Source: Macrostomum lignano (taxonomy: Eukaryota). Taken from it: DNA of 64,000 nt. Location of the stretch: the NCBI GenBank assembly GCA_002269645.1, contig NIVC01002467.1, forward strand, positions 1 to 64,000, read 5' to 3'. The translations under genes were made by a program, and so were the position numbers. Below are positions 24,220-37,925 of this stretch, piece after piece (the first letter of the stretch is position 1; every line of letters starts with the position of its first letter). A model generated the notes under the pieces. The model was not told where the DNA came from. It was given only the letters and a program-made list of their open reading frames with translations, and did not search any database.

Positions 24220-26790
24220 GTTTGGCATGGTGGCTCTTTAATGTTTGACATGGTGGCCCTTTATGTTGACATGGTGGCTCTTTTATACTTGACATGGTGG
24301 CTCTTTACTGTTCGAAATGGTGGCTCTTTTATGTTTGACATGGTGGCTCTTTTAGGTTTGACATGATGGCACTATTATGTTTTGACATAGTGGCTCTTTA
24401 ATGTTTGACATGGTAGCTCTTAAATGTTTGACATGGTAGCTCTTAAATGTTTGACATGGTGGCTCTTTAATGTTTAACCTGGTGGCTCTTTTATGTTTTA
24501 CATGGTGGCTCTTTATTGTCTGACATGGTGGCTCTTTTATGTTTTACATGGTGGCTCCTTACGTTTGACACGGTGGCTCTCTAATGTTTGACATAGTGGC
24601 TATTTAATGTTCGAAATGGTGGCTCTTTAAAGTTTGACATAAAGTCACAAATATGTTTGAGATGGTGGCTCTTAAATGTTTGACATGGTGGCTCTTAAAT
24701 GTTTGACATGGTGGCTCTTTAATGTTCTTCATGGTGGCTCTTCAATATTCTACATGGTGGCTCTTTTATGTTCGACATGGTGGCTTTTTAATGTTTGACA
24801 TGGTGGCTCTTTTATGTTTGACATGGTGGCTCTTTACTGTTTGAAATGATGGCTCTTTAATGTTCTACATGGTAACTCTTTTATGTTTGATACGGTGGCT
24901 TTTTAATGTCTGACATGGTGGCTCTTTAATGTTTGACATGGGGGCTCTTCTATGTTTAACATGGTGGCTCTTAAATGTTTGACATGGTGGCTCTTTAATA
25001 TTCTACATGGTAACTCTTTTATGTTTGATACGGTGGCTTTTTAATGTCTGACATGGTGGCTATTTTATGTTTGAAATGGTGGCTCTTTTATGTTTGACAT
25101 GGTGGCTTTTTAATGTTTGACATGTTGGCTCTTTAATGTTAGACAAAGTGGCTTTTTAATGTTTGACATGGTGGCTCTTTTATGTTCGACATGGTGGCTT
25201 TTTACTGTTTGAAATGGTGGCTCTTTAATGTTCTACATGGTAACTCTTTTATGTTTGATACGGTGTCTTTTTAATGTCTGACATGGTGGCTATTTTATGT
25301 TTGACATGGTGGCTCTTCTATGTTTAACATGGTGGATCTTAAATGTTAGACACGGTGACTCTATAATGTTCAACATGGTGGCTCTTTAATTAATATTCTA
25401 TATGGTGGCTCTTTTTTGTTCGACATGGTGGCTTTTTTTGTTCTACATGGTAACTCTTTTATGTTTGATACGGTGGCTTTTTAATGTCTGACATGGTGGC
25501 TCTTAAATGTCTGACATGGTGGCTCTTAAATGTTTGACATGGTGGCTTTTTAATGTTTGACATGGTGGCTCTTTAATGTTAGACAAAGTGGCTTTTTAAT
25601 GTTTGACATGGTGGCTCTTTTATGTTTGACATGGTGGCTCTTTACTGTTTGAAATGATGGCTCTTTAATGTTCGAAATGGTGGCTCTTTTATGTTTGACA
25701 TGGTGGCTCTTTACTGTTTGAAATGATGGCTCTTTAATGTTCGAAATGGTGGCTCTTTTATGTTTGACATGGTGGCTCTTTACTGTTTGAAATGATGGCT
25801 CTTTAATGTTCGAAATGGTGGCTCTTTTATGTTTGACATGGTGGCTCTTTTAGGTTTGACATGATGGCACTTTTATGTTTTGACATAGTGGCTCTTTAAT
25901 GTTTGACATGGTAGCTCTTAAATGTTTGACATGGTAGCTCTTAAATGTTTGACATGGTAGCTCTTAAATGTTTGACATGGTAGCTCTTTTATGTTCAACA
26001 TGGTGGCTCTTTATTGTTTGACATGGTGGCTCTTTAATTTTTAACCTGGTGGCTCTTTTATGTTTGACACGGTGGCTTTTAATGTCTGACATGATGGCAC
26101 TTTTATGTTTTGACATAGTGGCTCTTTAATGTTTGACATGGTGGCTCTTAAATGTTTAACCTGGTGACTCTTTTATGTTTGACATGGCGGCTCTCTAATG
26201 TTTGACAAAGTGGCTATTTAATGTTCGAAATGGTGGCTCTTGAAAGTTTGACATAAAGTCCCATATATGTTTGAGATGGTGGCTCTTAAATGTTTGACAT
26301 GGTGGCTCCTAAATGTTTGACATGGTGGCTCTTTACTGTTTGAAATGGTGGCTCTTTAATGTTCTACATGGTAACTCTTTTATGTTCGACATGGTGGCTT
26401 TTTAATGTCTGACATGGTGGCTCCCAAATGTTTGACACGGTGGCTCTTTAATATTCCACATGGTGGCTCTTTTATGTTTGATACGGTGGCTTTTTAATGT
26501 TTGACATGGTGGCTCTTCTATGTTTAACATGGTGGCTCTTTTATGTTTGACACGGTGGCTCTTTAATGTTCGACAAAGTGGCTATTTGATGTTTGATATG
26601 GTGACACTTAAATGTTTGACATAAAGTCACATAAATGTTAGACGTGGTGGCTCGTTTAGTTTTGACATGGTGGCTTTTTAATCGTTGACATGGAGTCACG
26701 TATATGTTGGACATAGTGCTTATTTTATGTTTGGCATGGTGGCTCTTTTATGTTTGACATGGTGGCTCTTCTATGTTTGACATTCCGCTT
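24220..26790. repeat. 23-bp satellite (TTTGACATGGTGGCTCTTTTATG) in unit A
   Basis: More than 100 degenerate copies. Confidence 0.95.
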
Positions 26791-26855
26791 CTATTATGTT
26801 TAGCAGTTTTGTGTTTTTAAGGTGTTTTGATAAAAAAATTTTTTTGCACTACTAA

Positions 26856-26910
26856 GATTCGAACCCAGGTCGCTACATTAGCATTCCAGTCTGTTTGCAT
26901 CTTGGCTATC
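26856..26910 (-). promoter_or_regulatory. tRNA-derived (SINE-head-like) segment with Pol III A and B boxes in family-1 Helitron; homologues at ~30355-30408, ~34578-34632 and ~37345-37400
   Basis: Minus strand TAGCCAAGATG (A-box-like) lies ~43 nt before GGTTCGAATC (B box). Unit B has GGACTGCTAAT, resembling the tRNA-Ser(GCT) anticodon arm. No complete cloverleaf or acceptor stem. Confidence 0.7.
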
Positions 26911-27383
26911 TATTTTCAATTGGAGAACATGAATTGTGGCCCTTATAATTCAATTCTTACAGCAAGTCAATTGGAGTAAAAAGTTATGACATAATCAATT
27001 TCTCAGTCAGCCAGTATCAGTCTCAATTTGAGTTAGCAATATGGTTACGCAATTTCATTCAAGTCGTGTGTGCATTTCTTCGGCACTGTTTTCAACTTGT
27101 TGTGATGCAATCTTTATCACAATCGGAATTCAGCCAGTCAGTTTTTTCTCTAGCATTCTTACAATGAATTTTAGGTCGAAAGAGCTGCTTGACCTTTGCA
27201 AAAAAGCATGTTTTTCGAATATTTAATCCCTTTAACATTGAGCAATTTCTTAGCCAGGATGCATGTACCGTCCTAGGAAAATTTCCGATCGAATGGTGCA
27301 AGTTTGAAGAAAATCGGTTGAGCCGTTTTTTCTGGAATCTATCTCACACATACACACAGACATTTCATTTTTAGTATATAGGA

Positions 27384-30300
27384 CTAGCAATCTTCGCCCC
27401 CCCCCGTTGGGGGACATCTGGATAGAATCTCTGTTCTCTACAAGTAACAAAAAAACAGCCAAACAAAGCCTTCACAAAGACGACAGACAAACTGCTCGAA
27501 TAAAGTGTAATGCAAAAAGAAATCATCCCAAGACAGCAAGCATCCCCCCAGATAGCAAGCATCCCCCAGATTGAAAGCATCCCCCAGATAGCAAGCATCC
27601 CCCAGATTGCAAGCATCCCCCAGATAGCAAGCATCCCCCAGATAGCAAGCATCCCCCAGATAGGAAGCATCCCCCCTCCCGGATAGCAAGCATCCCCCAG
27701 ATAGCAAGCATCCCCAAATAGTAAGCATCCACCATACAATAAGTAGCTAGTGCTACAATTTCTTTAGCTCTGTAGTGGCTCCTTTAAAATTAGCATGACG
27801 CTTACTTTTACGTTTGAAATTGTGTAAATTTTATGTTTGACATGGCGGTTCTTTATGTTCGACATGGTGGCTCTTTTATGCTTGACATGGTGGTTCTTTA
27901 TGTTCGACATGGTGGCTCTTTTATGCTTGACATGGTGGCTCTTTACTGTTTGACATGGAGTCACATATATGTTTGACATGGTGGCTCTTTTATGTTCGAC
28001 ATGGTGGCTGTTTTATGTTTGACATGGTGGCTCCTTAATGTTTTACATGGTGGCTCTTGAATGTTTGACATGGTGGCTCTTTAATGTTTGACATGATGGC
28101 TCTTTAATGTTTGACATTGTGGCTCTTTTATGTTTGACATGGTGGCTCTTTGAATGTTTGACATGGTGGCTGTTTTATGTTTGACATGGTGGCTCTTTTA
28201 TGTTCGACATGGTGGCTCTTTTATGTTTGATATGGTGGCTCTTTTATGTTCGACATGGTGGCTCTTTTATGTTTGATATGGTGGCTCTTTTATAGTTGAC
28301 ATGGTGGCTCTTTTATGTTCGACATGGTGGCTCTTAAATGTTCGACATGGAGTCATATATATGTTTGACATGATGGCTCTTTTATGTTCGACATCGTGGC
28401 TCTTTTATGTTCGACATCGTGGCTCTTTTATGTTCGACATGGTGGCTCTTTTATGTTCGACATGGTGGCTCTTTTATGTTTGATATGGTGGCTCTTTTAT
28501 AATTGACATGGTGGCTCTTTTATGTTCGACATGGTGGCTCTTTAATGTTCGACATGGAGTCATATATATATGTTTGACATGGTGGCTCTTTTATGATTGA
28601 CATGGTGGCTCTTTTATGTTCGACATGGTGGCTCTTTAATGTTCGACATGGAGTCATATATATGTTTGACATGGTGGCTCTTTTATGTTTGACATGGTGG
28701 CTCTTTAATGTTCGAAATGGTGGCTCTTGAATGTTTGACATGGTGGCTCTTGAATGTTTGACATGATGCCTCTTTTATGTTTGACATGGTAGCTCTTTTA
28801 TGTTTGACTTGGTGGCTCTTTACTGTTTGACATGATGCCTCTTGAATGTTTGACATGGTAGGTCTTTAATGTTTGACATGGTAGCTCTTTAATGTTTGAC
28901 TTGGTGGCTCTTTAATGTTCGATATGGTGGCTCTTTAATGTTTGACATGGTGGTTCTTTAATGTTCGACATGGTGGCTCTTTTATGTCTGGCATGGTGGC
29001 TCTTTAATGTTCGACATGGTGGCTCTTTTATGTTTGGCATGGTGGCTCTTTCATGTTTGAGATGATAGCTCTTATATGTTTGACATGGTAGGTCTTTATT
29101 GTTTGACATGGTAGCTCTTTTATGTTTGACTTGGTGGCTCTTTAATGTTCGATATGGTGGCTCTTTTATGTTCGACATGGTGGCTATTTTATGTTTGACA
29201 TGGTGGCTCTTTTATGTTCGACATGGTGGCTCTTTTATTTTTGGCATGGTGGCTCTTTAATGTTTGACATGGTGTCTCTTGAATGTTTGACTTGGTGGCT
29301 CTTTAATGTTCGATATGGTGGCTCTTTAATGTTTGACATGGTGGTTTTTTAATGTTCGACATGGTGGCTCTTTTATGTTTGGCATGGTGACTCTTTAATG
29401 TTCAACATGGTGGCTCTTTAACATTTGACATGGTGGCTCTTAAATGTTTGGCATGGTGGCTCTTTAAAATTTGACATGGAGTCACCTATATGTTTGACAT
29501 AGTGGCTCTTGAATGTTCGACATGGTGGCTCTTGAATGTTTGACATGGTGGCTCTTTTATGTTCGACATGGTGGCTCTTGAATGTTTGACATGGTGGCTC
29601 TTGAATGTTTGACTTGGGGGCTCTTTAATGTTCGATATGGTGGCTCCTTAATTTTCAACATGTGGCTCTTTAATGTTCGACATGGTGGCTCTTTTATGTT
29701 TGGCATGGTGGCTCCTTAATGTTTCGCATGGTGGCTCTTTTATGTTTAACATGGTGGTCTTTTTATTTTTAACATGGCCTGGCTCTTTATTGTTCAACAT
29801 CGTGGCTCTTTAATGTTGAACATCGTGTTTATATAATGTTTGACATGGTGGCTCTTTAATATTTGACATGGTGGCTCTTTTATGTTTGGCATGGTGGTTC
29901 TTTAATGTTTGAAATGGTGGCTCTTTAATGCTTTACATGGTGGCTCTTTAATGTTTGACATGGAGTCATGTATATGTTTGACATGGAGGCTCTTTAATGT
30001 TTGACATGGTGGCTCTTTAATGTCTGACATGGAGTCACGTATATGTTTGACATGGAGTCACGTATATGTTTGACATGGAGTCACGTATATGTTTTACATG
30101 GTGGCTCTTTTATGCTTGACATGGTGGCTCTTTAATGTTCGAATGGTGGCTCTTTAATGTTCGACATGGTGGCTCTTTAAAGTCTGACATGGAGTCACGC
30201 ATATGTTTGACATTGAGTCATGTATATGTTTGACATGGTGGCTCTTTAATGTTTTAGATGGTTGGCTCTTTAATGTTTGACATTGCGCTTCCTCTATGTT

Positions 30301-30894
30301 TAGCTTTTTGTTTTTTAGGATGTTTTGATAAAAAAATTGTTTTGCACTACTAAGATTCGAACCTAGGTCGCTACATTAGCAGTCCAGTCTGTTCGCATCT
30401 AGGCTATCTCTTTTCAATTGGAGAACATGAACTGTTGCCCTTATAATTTAATTCTTATAGCAAGTCAATTAGAGTAAAAAGTTATGACACAATCAATTTC
30501 TCAGTCAGCCAGTATCAGTCTCAGTTCAAGTTAGCAATATTGGTTACGCAATTTAAATCAAGTCGTGTGTGCATTTCTTCGACACTGTTTTCAACTTGTT
30601 GTGATGCAATCTTTATCGGAATTGAAATTCAGCCAGTCAGGTTTTTCTCTAGCATTCTTACAATGCATTTTAAGTCAAAAATTTTGCTTGACCTTTGCAA
30701 AAAAGCATGTTTTTCGAATATTTAATCCCTTTAACATTGAGCAATTTCTTAGCCAAGATGCATGTACCATCCCAGGAAAATTTCTGATCAAATGGTGCAA
30801 GTTTGAAGAAAATCGGTTGAGCCAATTTTTCTGAAATCTATCGCATACCCACATACCCACATACCCACAGACAACTCATTTTTAGTATATTGGA
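27384..30894 (-). mobile_element. Helitron family-1 unit B
   Basis: 3' end nearly identical to unit A; 5' TCCAATATACTAAAAATG; contains an 18-bp array and a 23-bp array (27830-30290). Confidence 0.9.
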
Positions 30895-33800
30895 AGCAAT
30901 CTAGTGCGGCCCCCTTTCGGGGCGCCCAATAAGAAAGGAGCAAAAATAGTTCATGGAAAACAATAAAAAAACACATTTTCTTAAACACTAATTCCTTCTT
31001 CACATTTTAAAAATCACCTTATTCGTGTAAAATTGTCACGGACTAAGATGTTTGCAAAATTAAAAAATCACTTTTTCTCTAAAATTAACAAACAGTCAAC
31101 AAAATATCGTTTCCCTAAATAGAAAATATTCCCAAGACAGCAAGCAACCCCCTCCAAAAGTGAACAATCGCAGATAGCAAGCATCCTCTAATGCTCATAG
31201 CAAGAATCACCACAGATAGCAAGCATCTGCAGATTAGCAAGCACCCCCCAGATATTATAGAAGCATCCACCCAGATAGCAAGCATTCTGCAGATAGCAAG
31301 CATTCTGCAGATAGCAAGCACCCCCAGATATTATAGAAGCATTCTGCAGATAGCAAGCACCCCCAGATATTATAGAAGCATTCTGCAGATAGCAAGCACC
31401 CCCAGATATTATAGAAGCATTCTGCAGATAGCAAGCACCCCCAGATATTATAGAAGCATTCTGCAGATAGCAAGCACCCCCAGATATTATAGAAGCATTC
31501 TGCAGATAGCAAGCACCCCCAGATATTATAGAAGCATTCTGCAGATAGCAAGCACCCCCCAGATATTATAGAAGCATCCACCCAGATAGCAAGCATCCTG
31601 CAGATAGCAAGAATCCCTAAATAGCAAGCATCCTGCAGATAGCAAGAATCCCTGAATAGCAAGCATCCCTGGATAGAAAGAATCCCATGCATGTAGCCAG
31701 TACCCCCTCTCCCAAATAGCAAGTATCCCCCTCGAGAGCAAGCATCCACGAGACAGCAAGTAGCTAGTGCAAATGTTACTTCCGCTAATGCAATAATCGC
31801 TTTCTCAGGTTGTGCAACAATCCACGTCTCAGCGAGCGCAATAATCTCTTTTTTAGACAGCGCAGTAATCAGCTTCTCAGCTAGTGCAATAATCCTTGGT
31901 TTATTAATAGCAATAATCCTTGATTAATCAAGTACAATAATCCTTGGTTTATCAAGTGCAATAATCCTTGGTTTATCAAGTGCAGTAATCTTTGGCTTAT
32001 AAAGTGCAATAATCCTTGGTTTATCAAGTGCAATAATCCTTTGTTTATCAAGTGCAATAATCCTTGGTTTATCAAGTGCAATAATCCTTGGTTTATTAAG
32101 TGCAATAATCCTTGGTTTATTAAGTGCAATAATCCTTGGTTTATCTAGTGCAGTAATCCTTGGCTTATCAGGTGCAATAATCCTTGGTTTATCAAGTGCA
32201 ATATTTGTTTATCAAGTGCAATAATCCTTGGTTTATCAAGTGAAATAATCCTTGGTTTATCAAGTGCAATAATCCTTGGCTTATCAACTGCAATAATCCT
32301 TGGTTTATCAAGCGCAGTAATCTTTGGCCTATCAAGTGCAATATTCCTTGGTTTATCAAGTGCAGTAATCCTTGGCCTATCAAGTGCAATAATCCTTGGT
32401 TTATCAAGTGTAATAATCCTTGGTTTATCAAGTGCAATAATCCTTGGCTTATCAACTGCAATAATCCTTGGTTTATCAAGTGCAATAATCCTTGGTTTAT
32501 CAAGCGCAGTAATCCTTGGCCTATCAAGTGCAATAATCCTTGGCTTATCAAGTGCAATAATCCTTGGTTTATCAAGTGCAATAATCCTTGGTTTATCAAG
32601 TGCAGTAATCCTTGGCCTATCAAGTGCAATAATCCTTGGTTTGCCAAGAGCAATAATCCTTAGTTTATCGAGTGCAGTAATCCTTAGTTTTCCAAGTGCA
32701 GTAATCCTTGGTTTATTAAGAGCAATAATCCTTGGCTTATCGAGTGCAGTAATCCTTGGTTTGCCAAGAGCAATAATCCTTGGTTTATCAAGTGCAATAA
32801 TCCTTGGTTTATCAAGTGCAATAATCCTTGGTTTATCAAGTGCAATAATCCTTGGTTTATCAGATGCAATAATCCTTGGCTTATCAACTGCAATAATCCT
32901 TGGTTTATCAAGTGCAATAATCCTTGGCTTATCAAGTGCAATAATCCTTGGTTTATCAAGTGCAATAATCCTTGGTTTATCAAGCGCAGTAATCTTTGGC
33001 CTATCAAGTGCAATAATCCTTTGTTTATCAAGTGCAATAATCCTTGGTTTATCAAGTGCAATAATCTTTGGTTTATCAGATGCAATAATCCTTGGCTTAT
33101 CAACTGCAATAATCATTGGTTTATCAAGTGCAATAATCCTTGGCTTATCAAGTGCAATAATCCTTGGTTTATCAAGTGCAATAATCCTTGGTTTATCAAG
33201 CGCAGTAATTTTTGGCCTATCAAGTGCAATAATCCTTGGTTTATCAAGTGCAGTAATCCTTGGCCTATCAAGTGCAATAATCCTTGGTTTATCAAGTGCA
33301 ATAGTCTTTGGTTTATCGAGTGCAGTAATCCTTAGTTTTCCAAGTGCAGTAATCCTTGGTTTATTAAGAGCAATAATCCTTGGTTTATCGAGTGGAGTAG
33401 TCCTTGGTTTATTAATATCAATAATCCTTGAATAATCCAGTGCATTAATCCTTGGCTTATCAAGTGCAACATTCTTTACTATCAAGTGCAATAATCCATG
33501 GCTTATCAAGTGCAATAATCCTTGGCTTATCAAGTGCAATAATCCTTGGTTTATCAAGTGCAATAATCCTTTGTTTATCAAGTGCAATAATCCTTTGTTT
33601 ATCAAGTGCAATAATCCTTTGTTTATCAAGTGCAATAATCCTTGGTTTATCAAGCGCAGTAATCCTTGGCTTATCAAGTGCAATAATCCTTGGTTTATCA
33701 AGTGCAATAATCCTTGGTTTATCAAGCGCAGTAATCTTTGGCCTATCAAGTGCAATAATCCTTGGTTTATCAAGTGCAGTAATCCTTGGCCTATCAAGTG

Positions 33801-35187
33801 CAATATTCCTTGGTTTATCAAGTGCAATAGTCCTTGGTTTATCGAGTGCAGTAATCCTTGGTTTTCCAAGTGCAATAATCCTTGGCTTCTTGAGTGCAGT
33901 AATCCTTGGTTTGCCAAGAGCAATAGTCCTTGGTTTATCGAGTGCAGTAATCCTTGGTTTTCCAAGTGCAGTAATCCTTGGTTTATTAATAGCAATAATC
34001 CTTGGCTTCTTGAGTGCAGTAATCCTTGGTTTGCCAAGAGCAATAGTCCTTGGTTTATCGAGTGCAGTAATCCTTGGTTTTCCAAGTGCAATAATCCTTG
34101 GCTTCTTGAGTGCAGTAATCCTTGGTTTGCCAAGAGCAATAGTCCTTGGTTTATCGAGTGCAGTAATCCTTGGTTTTCCAAGTGCAATAATCCTTGGCTT
34201 CTTGAGTGCAGTAATCCTTGGTTTGCCAAGAGCAATAGTCCTTGGTTTATCGAGTGCAGTAATCCTTGGTTTTCCAAGTGCAATAATCCTTGGCTTCTTG
34301 AGTGCAGTAATCCTTGGTTTGCCAAGAGCAATAGTCCTTGGTTTATCGAGTGCAGTAATCCTTGGTTTTCCAAGTGCAATAATCCTTGGCTTCTTGAGTG
34401 CAGTAATCCTTGGTTTGCCAAGAGCAATAGTCCTTGGTTTATCGAGTGCAGTAGTCCTTGGTTTATTAATAGCAATAATCCTTGGCTTATCGAGTGCAGT
34501 AATCTAAGTGTTTTTATTTAGTCCTTTAATAAAACCTTTTAATAAAAAAATTTACACTACTACTTTTAAACTACTTAGATTCGAACCTAGGTCGCTGCAT
34601 TAGCAGTCTGGTCTGTTCAGCTCTAGGCTAGCTCTCATCGAAGTTATCAGTGATGTTGTACCACTTATATAATTCAACACTCACACCAAGTCAGGTAGAG
34701 TAAAAAGTCTCACGAAGCAGTTATGACATAATCAATTTCTTAGGCAAGTCAGTACCAGTGTCTATGAAAGTTTACAATATGGTTACGTAATATAAATTCA
34801 GTACTGCGCTATGCTTTCACACTCAAAGCTGTGACGCAATTCAATTGAGTGTCAAATTCAGCCAGTACACAGACGATAAATAAAGTGTATTGTGATGCAA
34901 TCTATTTCAGAATCAGAATTCAACCAGTCAGTTTTTCTGCTAGCATTCTTACGATGCATTTCAAGTCGAAAGAGCTGCTTGACCTTTGCAAAAAAGCATG
35001 TTTTTCGAATATTTAACCCTTTAGCATCAAGCAATTTCTTAGCCACGATGCATGTACTGTCACGGGAAAATTTCTGATCGAACAGTGCAAGTTCGAAGAA
35101 AATCGGTTGAGCCGTTTTTGCTAAAATCGATCACACACACACACATACACACACACACATACCGACAGACCATTTTTAGTATATGGA
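30895..35187 (-). mobile_element. Helitron family-1 unit C
   Basis: 5' TCCATATACTAAAAATGG; 3' hairpin GCCCCGAAAGGGGGC then ...AGATTGCT (final AG missing at the junction). Confidence 0.8.
31870..34505. repeat. 24-bp satellite (AAGTGCAATAATCCTTGGTTTATC) in unit C
   Basis: About 110 copies with a 120-bp higher-order repeat in ~33860-34440; source of the spurious 776-aa ORF. Confidence 0.95.
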
Positions 35188-37866
35188 CTAGCAATCTACG
35201 CCCCCCGTTGGGGAGCCAGAGAAATGCAATACACGTTTTTTTAATAAGCTACATGTATCCTTGAAATCTTAAAAAATCTCCTGTCAAACCTTGTAAGCCT
35301 TGACATGTCAGTAATTCCCCCCACAAGCTTTAACATATCAACTTCCCCCCTTGACATCTCAGCAATGCCTCCAATAAGCCTTGGAAATCTAAAAATATCT
35401 GTCAACCTTCTAACCCTAACCCTAGCCTAACCCTAACCCTAACCTAACCCTAAAGCATTGAAATTTCAGTAATTCTCTCTAAGAGTCATTATAGCACTAC
35501 TACAGCATTATAGCGATTCCCTGCAAGCCTCGACATCGTAGGGATTCCCAAATGAATCTCTTAACTTCAACATGAAGCTTCTTTTATTTTTTACATTACG
35601 CTTTTTTAATTAGCGATCCCTCCCCTGAGGAGGCATCAAATAATGTAATAAAAAGTTTTCAATAAACTACATGTAGCTTCTGACTTTAGCCTTGAAATCT
35701 CATTTATACCCTCGTGAGCCTTGACATCTCAGCTATTCCCCCCTTAAGCCTTGACATGTCAGCGATGGCCCCCCATAAACCTTGAAATCTAAAAAATCCC
35801 GTTAACCTTGAAACCCGATAAAATATAACCCTCAACCCACACCTTACCTAAACCTAACTTTAACCCAACCTAAAGCCTTGAAATCTCAGCAATTCTTCTC
35901 CCCTAAGCCTTGACATTTTAGTGATTCCTTCTTTAAGAATCACAGCACTTTAACGATTTCCACCTAGCTTTGACATCGTAGCAATTCCCAAATGAATCTT
36001 TTAACTTGAACATGACTTTTCTATTATGTATACATAGTGCTACTTTTATTTTTTACATGACTCTTCTTCTATCAGCGCCCCCCCCGTGGCGAGCCAACAA
36101 AGAATGCAATAAAAAAATTGAGTAAAGTACATTAACTTTGAATTAGCTTCTGACTTTTGCTTTGACATCTCAGAACCCCACCCCCCGTAATCTCAGTTAT
36201 TCTCCGTGAGCCTTTACGTCTCAGTTTTTCTCCCCAGCACAGCATTATAGCTGCATTTATTTTTAGATGACACCCTTCATGTCTGACATGACGCTTCTTT
36301 TATTCTACCATGATGCTTCTTAATTTTTTAAATGACACTTTTATTAGTTTTTACATGACGCTTCTATGATTTTTTTACATGACGCTTCTATGATTATTTA
36401 CATGACGCTTCTATGATTTTTTTACATGACGCTTCTATGATTGTTTACATGACGCTTCTCTGATTTTTACATGACGCTTCTATGATCTTTTACATGACGC
36501 TTCTATGATTGTTTACGTGACGCTTCTATGATTTTTACATGACGCTTCTATGATTTTTTACATGACGCTTCTATGATTTTTACATGACGCTTCTATGATT
36601 GTTTACATGACGCTTCTATGATTTTTTTTACATGACGCTTCTATGATTGTTTACACGACGCTTCTATGATTTTTACATGACGCTTCTATGATTGTTTACA
36701 TGACGCTTCTATGATTTTTTAAATGACGCTTCTATGATTTTTATATGACGCTTCTACGATTTTTTACATGACGCTTCTATGATTGTTTACATGACGCTTC
36801 TATGATTTTTTACATGACGCTTCTATGATTTTTACATGACGCTTCCATGATTGTTTACATGACGCTTCTATGATTGTTTACATGACGCTTCTATGATTTT
36901 TATATGACGCTTCTACGATTTTTTACATGACTCTTCTATGATTGTTTACATGACGCTTCTATGATTGTTTACATGACGCTTCTATGATTGTTTACATGAC
37001 GCTTCTATGATTTTTATATGACGCTTCTACGATTTTTTACATGACGCTTCTATGATTGTTTACATGACGCTTCTATGATTTTTTATATGACGCTTCTATG
37101 ATTTTTACATGACGCTTCCATGATTGTTTACATGACGCTTCTATGATTGTTTACATGACGCTTCTATGATTTTTATATGACGCTTCTATGATTGTTTACA
37201 TGACGCTTCTATGATTGTTTACATGACGCTTCTACGATTTTTTACATGACGCTTCTATGATTTTTACATGACGCTTCCTTTTAAAAAGTCTTTTAGTTTT
37301 CCTGACGTTGAAAAGCTTTAATTAAAAAAATTATACTCTATGAAAATTCGAATCATCGTCGCTGCATTTAGCAGTTCAGTTTGTTCACCTCTAGGCTAGC
37401 TCTCATCGTTTTGATAACATCAAATTTTTCACTTATTTAATTCAACACTTTAAAATCCAAGCATAGAGTAAATCACACGAAGCAGTTATGACATAATCAG
37501 TTTCTCAGTCAAAACAAAATTTTCATTTTTAGTATTTAGGATATGGTTACGCAATTTAAATCAAGTCTGGTGCTACGCTTCCACACTGCATTTTCAATTC
37601 AAGTCGGAGTTACAATTCAGTTATGATGCAATCTATTTCAGAATCAGAATTCAACCAGTCAGTTTTTTCTCTAGCATTCTTACAATGCATTTCAAGTCGA
37701 AAAGTTTGCTTGACCTTTGCAAAAAAGTATGTTTTTCGAATATTTAATGCCTTTAGCATCGAGCAATTTCTTAGCCACGATGCATGTACCGTCACGGGAA
37801 AATTTCTGATCGAACAGTGCAAGTTCGAACAAAATCGGTCCAGCCATTTTTTCTCTAATCGATCAC

Positions 37867-37899
<33 letters not shown>

Positions 37900-37925
37900 C
37901 ACAGACAGACCATTTTTAGTATATA
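35188..37925 (-). mobile_element. Helitron family-1 unit D
   Basis: 3' CCCCAACGGGGGGCGTAGATTGCTAG; 5' TATATACTAAAAATGG followed by (TCTA)n; head homologous to units A-C. Confidence 0.85.
36340..37280. repeat. ~22-24 bp satellite (TTTACATGACGCTTCTATGATT) in unit D
   Basis: About 40 copies. Confidence 0.95.

Larger units (their letters stand above)
23226..27383 (-). mobile_element. Helitron family-1 unit A
   Basis: 5' TCCTATATACTAAAAATG; 3' CCCCCAACGGGGGG hairpin then CGAAGATTGCTAG. Confidence 0.9.

Noticed and set aside
26850-26935. Functional tRNA gene
   Set aside because: A and B boxes are present but no acceptor stem or full cloverleaf can be formed; it lies within a repeated element, so it is treated as SINE-like.
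32145-34521. 776-aa, 351-aa and 316-aa ORFs (LHLINQGL / ALDKPRII / SSAIILGL repeats)
   Set aside because: They are translations of a 24-bp satellite whose unit is a multiple of 3; several frames on both strands are open.
35412-35452. Telomere or chromosome-fusion site
   Set aside because: Only a few degenerate CCCTAA units inside a mobile element.
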